A stretch of DNA of 61,215 nucleotides, counting the filler, from Squatina squatina (taxonomy: Eukaryota), in assembly GCA_031763465.1 (NCBI GenBank). It is 3 parts of 3 records of this genome, joined end to end, with 100 filler letters (N's around TTAATTAATTAA, not from the genome) between each part and the next. Parts side by side here need not be neighbours in the genome. Positions count along the whole stretch, not along the records: positions 48,633 to 61,215 come from JARFOE010000007.1; 2 more parts are not named here. One strand, given 5' to 3'. The first letter of the stretch is position 1. The number at the start of each line of letters is the position of its first letter. Both the position numbers and the translations under genes were made by a program. Positions 49,933 through 61,215 of the stretch are shown here, piece by piece. The notes below the pieces were generated by a model. That model saw nothing but the letters and a program-made list of their open reading frames with translations, did not search any database and was not told where the DNA came from.

Positions 49933-52290
49933 CAATAAATAATAGGAGCTTGTAGCAAAGGTAATGCAATAATCATGGGGGACTTTAATCTTCATATGGA
50001 CTGAGCAAATCAAAATGGCAAAGGTAGTTTGGAGGATGAGTTCATGGAATGTATTCAAGACAGTTTCCTGCAACAGTACATCATGGAACCAAACAGGGAA
50101 CAGGCTATTTTAGATATTGTATGAGATGAGGTTAATTCGTAATCTCATAGTAAAGGATGCTCTGGGGAAGAGTCATCATAATATGATAGAATTTGAGATT
50201 CTTAAATCTGAAACTCGGGTCTTAAATTTAAATAAAGCCAATTAAATAGTTATGAGGGGCAAATTGGCCTCGATAGTTTGGGGAATTAGATTAAAAGGTA
50301 CGATGATAGATGAATAGTGGCAAACATTTAAAGAAATATTCCAAAATTCTCAATGAATATACATCCCAAAATTCTCAACGAATATACATCCCATTGAGAA
50401 ATCAAACTCCACAGGAAAAGTGATCCATCTGTGGCTAACTAAAGAAATTAAGGATAGTATTAGATTAAAAGAGGCTTAAAATGTTGTGAAGAATAGTAGC
50501 AAGCCCAAATATTGGGAGAGCTTTAGAAATCAGCAAATGATGATAAAAAAATGGCTAAAAAAGGAGAAAACAGAATGATATTAAATAAGCGAGAATTCAA
50601 AAAAAGATTGTAAGAAGTTCAATAAGTAAAAAAAAGCAGCAAAAATTAGCATTGGTTCCTTGGAGACCAAGACAGGAGAAATTATATTGGGGAACAAGGA
50701 AATGGCTGAGACTTTAAACAAATATTTTGTATTTGTCTTCACAGTAGAAGATACAAAAAGCATATCAAAAATAGTGGGAATCCAAGGGGTAAATGAGAGT
50801 GAGGAACTTAAAATAATTAATATCAGTCGAGAAAAAATACTTGAGAAACTAAAAGCCAACAAATCCCCTGGAACTGATGGCCTACATCTTAACGTTATAA
50901 AAGAAGTGGCTACAGAGATAGTAGATGCGTTGGTTGTGATCTCCCAAAATTCCATAGGTTCTGGAATAGTCCCATCGGATTGGAAAGTAGCAAATATAAT
51001 CCCACTTTTCAAGAAAGGAGGGAGATAAACCAGGGTACTACAGGCCAGTTAGCCTGACATTAGTCATCGGGAAAATGCTGGAATCCATTATTAAGGAAGG
51101 AGTAACAGGGCACTGAGAAAATCATAATATGATTAGGCAGAGTCAACATGGATTTATGAAAGGGAAATCGTGTTTGACAAATTTATTCGAGTTCTTTGAG
51201 GAGGCAACGAGCAGGGTAGATAAAGGGGAACCAGTGGGTGTAGCATATTTAGATTTCCAAAAGACATTTGATAAGGTGCCACATAAAAGGTTGTTATGCA
51301 AGATAAGGGCTCATGGGGTTGGGGTAATGTATTAACATAGATAGAGGATTGGCTAACGGATTGAAAACAGAGAGTAGAGATAAACGGGTCATTTTCAGGT
51401 TGGCAGGCTGGAACCAGTGGGGCACCGCAAGGATCAGTGCTGGGGCCTTAGCTATTTACAATCTGTATTAATTACTTAGATGAAAGGACTGAGCATATTG
51501 TATCCAAGTTTGCTGACAATACAAAGCTAGGTGGGAAAGTAAGCTGCGAGGAGAAAGAGCCTGCAAAGGTTTATAGACAAGTTAAGTGAGTTGGCAATCA
51601 GGTGGCTGGTGGAGTATAATGTGGGGAAATGTGAGGTTATTCACTTTGATAGGAAGAATATTTTTTAAATGGTGAGAAACGAATAAACATTGGTGTACGT
51701 GTCCTAGTACAGGAAACAGAATTCACACACAGGTACAGCAAGCAATTCGGAAGGCAAATAACATGTTGTCCTTTATTGCAAGGGGGTTGGAGTACAAAAG
51801 TAAGGAACTCTTGCTACAAATGTACAGGGCTTTGTGAGACCACACCTGGAGTTCTATGCACAGTTTTGGTCTCCTTATCTGAAGAATGATATACTTGCCT
51901 TAGAAGCGGTGCAACAAAGATTCATTGGATTGATTCCTGGGATGACAAGGTTGTCCTATGAAGAGAGATTGAGCCTATACTGTCTGGAATTCTGGAGTTT
52001 AGAAGAATAAGTGGCGATCTCATTGAAACGTACAAGATTCTGAGGGGGACTGGCAGGATAGTTGCTGAGAGGTTGTTTCCCCTGCCTGGAGACTCTAAAA
52101 CTAGGGGGCATGGTCTCAGTATCAGGGGTCGGCCTTTTAAGACTGAGATGGAGGAGGAATTTCTTCACTCAGAGGTTTGTGAATCTTCAAAATTTTCTAC
52201 CCAAAGAGCTGTGCATGAGTATATTCAAGGCTGAAATAGATAGATTTTTGGACTCTAAGGGAAATCAAGAGATATGGGGATCGGGCCAGA
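49933..52290 (+). mobile_element. Long decayed CR1 LINE ORF2 (endonuclease, RT, C-terminus)
   Basis: IMGDFNLH, KSPGTDGLH, DWKVANIIPLFKKG, YRPVSLT, QHGFMKGKSCLTNL, YLDFQKTFDKVPH, PQGSVLGP, KFADNTKL; many stops and frameshifts. Confidence 0.96.
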
Positions 52291-53449
52291 NNNNNNNNNN
52301 NNNNNNNNNNNNNNNNNNNNNNNNNNNNNNNNNNNNNNNNNNNNNNNNNNNNNNNNNNNNNNNNNNNNNNNNNNNNNNNNNNNNNNNNNNGAAGTAACCT
52401 AGCAAGCCACTCAGGTGTCAAGAAGGCAGCTTACCACCACCCTCTCGAGGGCAATTAGGGATGGGCAATAAATGCTGGCCTTACCAGTGATGTCTACATC
52501 CTGTGAATGAATTAAAAAAACACCATGGATAATGTTGTTGTGCTTAGTGGGCCTCTGATGCTCCTTCAAACAATTTATGTCTATGGTGCCCTTTTAATAT
52601 CAGACCGTTATGAATGCAAACCTGTAAATTATTAAAGAACTGTCAAGTCAGTTAGTGGAGAACCAGAAGAGCATCTGTTTCTGATTAACACAGAAGAAAA
52701 GTAACACATCAAAAACAAATCAATTTGTCAGGGTGCTCATATAAGTCAGAGATAAGAAACCGAGATTGAGGGATAAACAGCTCAATAAGCTGCAATCTGC
52801 CTCCCAACCATATGTCATTTTATATTGATGTACACTGGCAGCACATCCACATGGCAACTCGGCTCCCAGCAACCGAGAATTATGAATGGTTAATATGTAG
52901 GCTAATGTGCGCTTTATAGAGCACGAGCATCTGTCCTATCCAATTTAGGTTTGTACACAGGGCATATTACATTGACCCAGTTGTATTGTACAAGGATTTC
53001 AGAGAAATGTATCAGAGATACCTGTTAGAATCCAATATTCTTTAACGTGCACTCTGGGAGAGGACAGAGAGCTCCTTGTATTCGGGGTAAGTGTGCTGTT
53101 TAGTGCACGCCTGGTATTTAGGTGCAGCACAACGCCTGGCTATTGACCCCGGATAACATTGTGCTTGGTAATCTCACCAACCCCGAGGCAGGCTTCTTAT
53201 TAACATTCAATTCTAAGCGTTCCATGCTTGAAGCTGAGAGGATTTTGCGCCTTTGGAATGCAAATTGTAGAGCAGGAGAAAGGGGGCCAGAAAGAAAGGT
53301 AAACACGCGATGACAATTTATACGCTTTCTCGTAATCAAGTAAAATTAGGAATACAATATGCAGACGTGGAACGCTGTTAAATTGGATTTTTTTTCCGTT
53401 GGGGAGTAAGGCAACTTAGCATCTGACCCACTTCTTTCCCTTCATTTTG

Positions 53450-53752
53450 AGATGGGGAGAGGGGCTGTGAGTGAGTCTGGGGGAGGGGCTGTGGGTTGGG
53501 GGAGAGGAGCTGTGTGAGTCTGGGGGAGAGGGGCGCTGAGTGAGTCTGGGGGAGAGGGGCGGTGAGTGGGTCTGGGGGAGAGGGGCGGTGAGCGGGTCTG
53601 GGGGAGAGGGGCGGTGAGCGGGTCTGGGGGAGAGGGGCGGTGAGCGAGTCTGGGGGAGAGGGGCTGTGAGCGAGTCTGGGGGAGAGGGGCGGTGAGCGGG
53701 TCTGGGGGAGAGGGGCTGTGAGCGAGTCGGGGGGAGAGGGGCGGTGAGCGGG
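53450..53752. repeat. 26-bp G-rich minisatellite (GGTGAGCGGGTCTGGGGGAGAGGGGC), ~11 copies
   Basis: Direct tandem copies running into a gap. Confidence 0.94.
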
Positions 53753-56700
53753 NNNNNNNNNNNNNNNNNNNNNNNNNNNNNNNNNNNNNNNNNNNNNNNN
53801 NNNNNNNNNNNNNNNNNNNNNNNNNNNNNNNNNNNNNNNNNNNNNNNNNNNNGATGATGTCATTGGTGCCCGATCTGCATATTTAAAGAAGCACCCTCAA
53901 AAGAGTAGGTTAAAATTATAACCTGTAGGAAGGCAGCGGATAGGAGAGGTAAGTGGCTGCGGCCAGCTTTCACTGGGTGGATAGGGTTAAAATCGGCCCT
54001 TACATGTTTACAGATGAAGAAAATAGGCGCTGTCTTTGAAATCTGCAGAGCAGGCATCTAAAGCTCATTTCCACTAAGACGCTTCTTTGCTTCTGGAATA
54101 AATTCACAACTAATGTGCTTCAAATTGTTCCAGATAAATGATTGATGGTTATTTACTCTGACTTCACATCTGCGCAAACACTCCCACACGCTGGCTCTAG
54201 TACAGATCTGGGCAGTGGAGTGGCAGCTTCGATTTGGCTGGCAGAAGCTGTTCCAAGTGGTTTTGTCCCAGGAAGTTAATCAGCGCACCAAGCAAGTAAT
54301 TTATCGTTGTCCCAGTCCAGATGTGAAATGAATATAACCAGTGTAACCAGGATATAAACTGGACCAATTCTGGCTCATTGCATACAAACATATCCTTCTG
54401 TAGCTTAAGCATTTGTACTTGAACAATACAAAATCCCTCCCACATGTAGCTCGCTGCCAGAAGGCATTAGAAACTGCCCAGGCCATAATTCTCTCTAATT
54501 TTCCCTCATTCCACATCACAAGATAATTACAGACAAGAAGGACTAATTCATGCATCTGGAAGCACCTTACNNNNNNNNNNNNNNNNNNNNNNNNNNNNNN
54601 NNNNNNNNNNNNNNNNNNNNNNNNNNNNNNNNNNNNNNNNNNNNNNNNNNNNNNNNNNNNNNNNNNNNNNCAATTTGTGGAGAAAAAAAATTATTAATCA
54701 TGTTTTCTGCAGGATTTGCGGCAGGTTCAATGATATCTCCTCACTGACCGAGTTAATCCTTTTTTTTGAAAATAACTTGTGGAGTGAAAATTGTGCAACC
54801 ACAAAGGACCCAAATAAACAAATATCACCCAGCACCACAGAAAAAAAACCCAGCCACAGCAAGCTGCAGTGAAAAGCCCACGTGCAATTAATATTGCCGA
54901 ACCGTTTGAACACAAAGCCCTCAGTCTGTAGGGTTTTCTTACGCACCAGCGTAGGAGGAGGCCGTAAGCATAGCTGGGAAAGTGAGTAATGTTTATAATT
55001 GGTCGCCCACAAAAAGACTATTCATTGAGGTTCTGGGAAGCATACTTATCCACACATACATAACTGGAATGATCCGGTGCACTCAAACTTTAAGGTTTTT
55101 TTTACAGCTGCTTTACTGACGTTTCGCTTTTTTTTTTAAGGACCCTATTTTAGGAATGTATTGCTACATATTAGAAATTGATGGATTTGGTTGATGCCCA
55201 CTGCTGAGCCTGTTTACTACTTCCAGTGATTTAGTTCTAGCTTTCCACTTGTGGGGGACTCCAAAACTAGGGGCCATAAATATGGGATAGTCACAAATAA
55301 ATCCACTAGNNNNNNNNNNNNNNNNNNNNNNNNNNNNNNNNNNNNNNNNNNNNNNNNNNNNNNNNNNNNNNNNNNNNNNNNNNNNNNNNNNNNNNNNNNN
55401 NNNNNNNNNGTAGGCAATCTACCGGCTTTGCACCAGCCCAGTCCAAAGGACTTAAAAAGTGGGAGTTATATCCAAACACTTTTTATTAGTTCCTGTTTGT
55501 AAATGGTCGATTTACTTTTTTTTCTGAAGCAGTGTGGAATATCTTCTTCAGAAACGAACTGTCTGATAGCTGGTGCAGGCACTGAGGGAAGGAGACGAGA
55601 AACAAACGCACGCATTATTCTAAATCAATGCCGTGTTATGAATTAAGTATGTGCAGAATTTCTGTTCGTGCAATAGCAGTGCTTTAAAAAAAAGATTTGT
55701 ACCAAGAGAACCGCAGAGCCCTCTTGGAGTGTCTATTATGTATGAGAAGAGTGATTAAACCCTCATTTGAGCATCTGATCTTCATCCAACACAATGTTAT
55801 TTTTGGCACTGGACATCATTCCTTTCATGTAGTGCTCAAAGAAGCTGTGTGCTTCACCAAGAGGGTCACATGTAAATCATTAATAAGACTGCTTAAATTA
55901 TTGTCTTGTTAATTTGCTTTTTCTACTTGCAGGCTACCTGCTGTGGAATTCCAGCATTTTCCAATTTTATTTCTGATTTCCAGCATTTGCAATTTATTTT
56001 TCTAAATTGTTTTACACTTAACTTATAAAACAGTTTACATTTTGGGTATGGCTCTGTAACGACTACTGGTTTCTGTAAATCTTTTCCAGTGTTGTTTCAG
56101 CACCTTACACTTTGAAAGTAAAACTAGACCTTTGAGGGGGTGAAAAGCACAAAACGGGCGGTAGCGAATCATCAGCGCGTTTCTCACCGCTCCCACTTCC
56201 TTTCCCATTCAAGCAAACGGGCTGCCGACTCGCTATCGCCCACTTCGTGTGTCAACCGAAGACCAGTTCCCCGCCCCCCTCCTCCACCGCCAGTAACGTT
56301 GCATCGTAAGTGACTGCTGTCCCAACTCAGGGAAAGGAAAATACAATTCCAATCATTTCAGCAATATCTTTTTTCAATGCAATGGCCCTGAAATTGCGAA
56401 CTGCCCAGGTGGGAACGATGTTCCCACGCACACGGGGAGACATNNNNNNNNNNNNNNNNNNNNNNNNNNNNNNNNNNNNNNNNNNNNNNNNNNNNNNNNN
56501 NNNNNNNNNNNNNNNNNNNNNNNNNNNNNNNNNNNNNNNNNNNGTGCTATAAGCTAGCAGATATAAAATCAAAGAGCTTATTAAATGGAGCCTGGGCAAA
56601 ACGAGATGAAAGGGCCGACTTGGCAATCGGGAATGTGCTTGGTGCTCACACAGTGCTCAGTTTTGCATAGGATGTATTGATGTTGTGCCCAGTGAGTACA

Positions 56701-58699
56701 AATGAATTTGCAGTATCACAGCAGTGGGGCTGTACTGGCAGTCCTTGATCAGAAGGGTCAGCGAGGCTGGGCTGTTTGATGGCTTCCTGCGAATAAGACC
56801 AAGAACTTTGATGTGCTATCACTTCTCACAATGCAGCAGTATGTTTCCTTTTTGTAAAAACAAAGGCTTGGCTGAGCGCTTCGCCTGTTCACAGTTATCC
56901 CTTTTCTCAGGGCACCTCGACATGTTTTGTCAGACTCTGTAGTGGAGGATTTTTTGATACGCGTGAGTACACTCATGTTTACTTTAGGAAACCAATAATA
57001 TTTTCTACATTAATCAGATTTAATTACTTTGTTTCTCAGTGTTTCTGACAAATCTAGGTTGGAAATTTAACATGAAAGTACCTCATCTGATATCTAGTTC
57101 CATTAATATGTTAATATTTTTGCATTAAATATGTGGTCAAAATTTTGTAGCAAAGTTTCTGAAGATCTGTGGTACAAATCAGTGCAAATTTTCCTGAGGA
57201 AAATCTTATGAACAAGTGATAATATCTTTTTGCTTCAATACTAAAATTGTATTTAAAAATAGACAAAGCCTGTTCTACTCCCTTCCCTTAAAACCTTTTC
57301 AAGCACACATTCTGGCTGCAGTTGAGATGATGGGCAGATATCTCTGGATTTGTCTACTACCTTTCCAACGTCTCTCAGTGTGTGGTCACCTGGTACAAAA
57401 CACAGAGGTGCTTTGTATCAAGTGCCCTACCAAGGTGGAACCACTGCCAATGGTCTCTTCCTCCTGTTGGCCAGTCACCTTGCCTCCACTCCACATCAAG
57501 CCTGATGGCTCTGGGAGGAAGCTGACGTATAACTATCAACAGAAGCTTGCTATTAGATACTGGCCTCACAATAAAGAATGCTGCTTCAAATAAATTTGTC
57601 AAACTCTCTTTGAAGACAATTTCCCNNNNNNNNNNNNNNNNNNNNNNNNNNNNNNNNNNNNNNNNNNNNNNNNNNNNNNNNNNNNNNNNNNNNNNNNNNN
57701 NNNNNNNNNNNNNNNNNNNNNNNNNTGCCTCCGCCACCAATTTCCAACCATTCCCACCCGCCACCCACCACCACACCTCGCAGCTGCACCAATACTGAGG
57801 TGGGTGCCCACCCACACTATGGGAATGTCCTTGATCCCATGCGCTGAGGCGAAGTGGAGAGGTGCGGGCGGGGTCAGGGGTCAGCAGCCGTCAGTCCCAC
57901 TCCACCATTGTGGAATTTTTGTTTTAATTACAAATGAGTAGTTAGTTGGAAAATCGGGGCCACGGCTTTGTAAATTAAAAGGTTGTAAACCAATTAAAGG
58001 TTCAAAGAGCATCCTAAGGCACCATAGCAAAACCTGAACAGCTTACAGGTCCCCATGTAAGCCCTGAGACTGCATTAGATTATCTTTAATTCGCTGAGAG
58101 CTTTCCTGTATTATTTATAGTATATTCAATTTTCTTCACTGTGTTTTTTCCATTGCTGTGAAATGTGTGCGATGGGAGATAGTTGTATTTTTGAGGCTGA
58201 CATCGGCACTGATGCGTGTNNNNNNNNNNATACTGCAGATAGTTAATGGCATCAGATAACACAGAACATAGATCTAACTATAGTAACATCAACACAGTCC
58301 TGGGAATAAGCACACGCCGGCAGCGTCAATGAGATAAACAAGTTCTCACTGTTCTCTGGAGAGTGTGGCCTCCAGGGGACCACCACAGTTCACTAACAAG
58401 CATGCAGAGAATACCAGTAAGGATATTTATCAGCGGATAGAGCTCAAATGGCATGGACTTCTTTAATGTTTGAAGATAATATAGGAGAAGCCTAATGGAA
58501 AAGGCCAAAGGCTACAAGCATCTTGTCTGCAATAATGTTTAAGCTTATAATGGCATGCCTCTTTAGGCACAAGTTCAGCGTTAGCATCATTACCATAAGT
58601 CTGTACATTCTGCACGGAATAATAATGAATAATAACCCAGCTGTGTTATATAAGTGCGGAGAATTAAAGCACCAATGAGGTCCTTAATTAGGAGTAAAT

Positions 58700-59351
58700 T
58701 CTACGGGCTAGAAATTGCGTAGTGACCCATTTGGGGTGATAACTTTTGAGATCTCGGAAAAGTAGCACCAGGCGATAATGATTTTCTGCTCCCAAGAAAT
58801 TCAGCTTTTGCGCTCCAAGAGGGAAGTGAAGTGCTAAATCAAGTGCTAACCACTTCTCTTAGGGAGCCAAAGTCCAAGAGCGGGGCGGTAGTGGCAGAGC
58901 ACTGAAGAATGTGGGGCGCAATGTTACCGGCATCAAAGGCTGCTTCCCTCACTTAAAAGGAAGGGCCAATGATGGTACACAATATAGTTCTCGGCAGTTC
59001 TGTATTGCAAGGTGACTTGGGCAACTGCCATTACAGCCCCAAACATGCTCAGAGAGTGGAGGGCTTGGACATCGCGCAGCATTGAAACATTGAAAACTTT
59101 CAGCAGGCACCAGACTGGTGCAAAGAATAAAGTTTGGCCTACCTGAAAACCATTCCCTTTAATTTGAGCTCCCCAAGCAGCCAGCCAATGGTGACAACGT
59201 CTCCTCTTCCTGCCGTTATTGACGCCCGACGATACAGCAGGGGGCGGGAGGCAATTTCACATCCGGGGCGGTAACGGGGCACTGCGCATTTTATGACGTC
59301 ATGATCTGCGAGGCGCCAGAAGCCCAGGCGGAACCGACACTGAAGTTCGCG
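58700..59351. repeat. Probable GC-rich interspersed repeat, unclassified
   Basis: Abrupt shift to GC/CpG-rich sequence starting at GGGCTAGAAATTGC; no coding signal. Confidence 0.35.
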
Positions 59352-61215
59352 NNNNNNNNNNNNNNNNNNNNNNNNNNNNNNNNNNNNNNNNNNNNNNNNN
59401 NNNNNNNNNNNNNNNNNNNNNNNNNNNNNNNNNNNNNNNNNNNNNNNNNNNATAGGTTAAAACAAAAAAACACACAAAACAGGAAAAAACAAAGATAAGC
59501 AAGTAAAAATAATGAAAACTTTTAAAATTACAATCAAATGCTCTACAGTGTAACAAGGCCAGTTCAAGCAACAAATGAGCAAAAAAAAAATTAAATCACA
59601 GGACGTGAGAGTGACATAGGAATGTGTAAATTATTAAACGAGATGGGATTTGCTGGAGGACATGAAAGCTCTGTCTCAGTGGGGTCAGCTCCTCTCCTGT
59701 TTAAAGTGGCTCATTGAAAGTTAAATGAATTTGTGCAAAATTGTCAAGAAAAAACAGAACTTAAAAAAAAAGAACTCCTGCATTTAAGTACTCCTGCTCC
59801 ATGAAGATGTGTTACTGGTCTGGAATCGTTGCAGACTAAATGAATGCGCACCAGTTGTAATCTTCAGCACCTTGTGAAAGAATATATTTAATAATTGATA
59901 AGTTTTGTTTGCTAAATACACTAGTCAATGCCTGTATCCTTGTTTCAGCATTCAATGTTGCGAGTAAAGACTATCGTTAATCATAATAACTGTGACACCC
60001 ATATTAAAATATATTCACTGGGAGATTTTTTTTTAATTGACTACAGCTCAATCAGTTGACGAATCGACAGGTGTTCCCAATAAATGACTGTGTCATAACA
60101 CTCATTTTAATTGCTGCTGGAATATACAATCTAATTAAAATTAAGACCATTTGCATTCTCTCTGATATATCTTGGTAGAGTCTGAATGCACAGGTTNNNN
60201 NNNNNNNNNNNNNNNNNNNNNNNNNNNNNNNNNNNNNNNNNNNNNNNNNNNNNNNNNNNNNNNNNNNNNNNNNNNNNNNNNNNNNNNNNNNNNNNNAGTT
60301 CAGTGCAATACTGAGGAGTGCTGTTTGTTAGAGGGGCCGTGTATTGTCTTTTGGATGAGACTGAGTGTCAGTGGGTTCTTCAATTGAGGTATCACCGATC
60401 CTATCCTCATCTGACATCTGTGCAAAAGTAAGGGTTTGAAGTGGGGAACCCTAGCTTATTTAAAAAATATATATATTTATCCACTTTTTCCTCTGTTCAG
60501 GGCGCAGAAGAAAATAATGATGCCCCTACTGATGTTGCGGTTGAGATCAGCACAAACCAGGAACCAGAGACCTCCCTGATCTGTGTGACTCAGCTGCTCA
60601 TGAACTTAATAAGCTAAGGCTTTTGTGGAGCAACTTTCTTCATTTTAATACAAGGTCAAGTATAGGAGCACTTGACCGAACTTCAATAAAAGTTTAAAAA
60701 GAAAGATTCAAGTGTCTCAGAAGCACAGTAACTGTTGCCGTCCAATTTCTGGCACAGTGTTTACTTTTTAATTTGAGTAGTCTTAAAACCCTCTATGATG
60801 GAATGATGTTTTGTTTAATCTGTTTAACAAAAAAAGCTCATGGGTGTGCTTTCAGTTGCTATTTAAAGAAAAGGTCTGACTGGGGAATTGTGCTGATAAC
60901 AGCAACTAGTCATGCAAGCCAGTCGCCTAGAGGTGTGGCACTGTACCTGACATGCAGAAACAGAATAGAACATGAGCTTGTAACAACAAGAATGAGGCTA
61001 TTCAAGCATTTTGTTCCTTCAAAAAAAACAATATAGCATCTTACAATGCCACTAAAATTCCATTTCGATTGGGGAAAAATGTTACCACTAGATTTCACTT
61101 TTCTAGTCATCCCAGCACCGTTTAAAATATTTCTACAAATTGTAATTACTGTAATTCTTTGTGGTGTCAAAGATCCAAATCTTTTAACATTGAGTTAAGT
61201 TAAGCCTGAGAGAGT

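Noticed and set aside
52960-53340. Possible exons in block 3
   Set aside because: Short frames with no recognisable homology and no consistent splice pairs

Overview
This is eukaryotic, not prokaryotic, DNA. The repeat landscape (CR1, L2, RTE and Tx1 LINEs, Deu-type SINEs) and the gene content point to a cartilaginous fish, probably a shark. The window is a fragmented assembly of mostly ~1-2 kb contigs joined by 100-N gaps. Two artificial N44-TTAATTAATTAA-N44 linkers (19260-19359, 48533-48632) split it into three probably unrelated blocks. Block 1 (1-19259) carries exons of the tubby gene (TUB, + strand), with two recognisable alternative first coding exons, a third candidate first exon and several RFX X-box-like motifs. 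Block 2 (19360-48532) is GC- and minisatellite-rich. It holds degenerate C2H2 zinc-finger genes with a repeated NRF1/YY1 promoter module, an intact T-cell receptor alpha/delta V exon with a 23-bp RSS, one exon of a group III metabotropic glutamate receptor (GRM6-like) and an intact GPR139-like GPCR exon. Block 3 (48633-61215) is non-coding as far as I can tell and includes a long decayed CR1 ORF2. I found no convincing new biological system. Most long ORFs in the track are minisatellite artefacts or run through N gaps. All homology calls are from recognition of sequence motifs, not from database searches.
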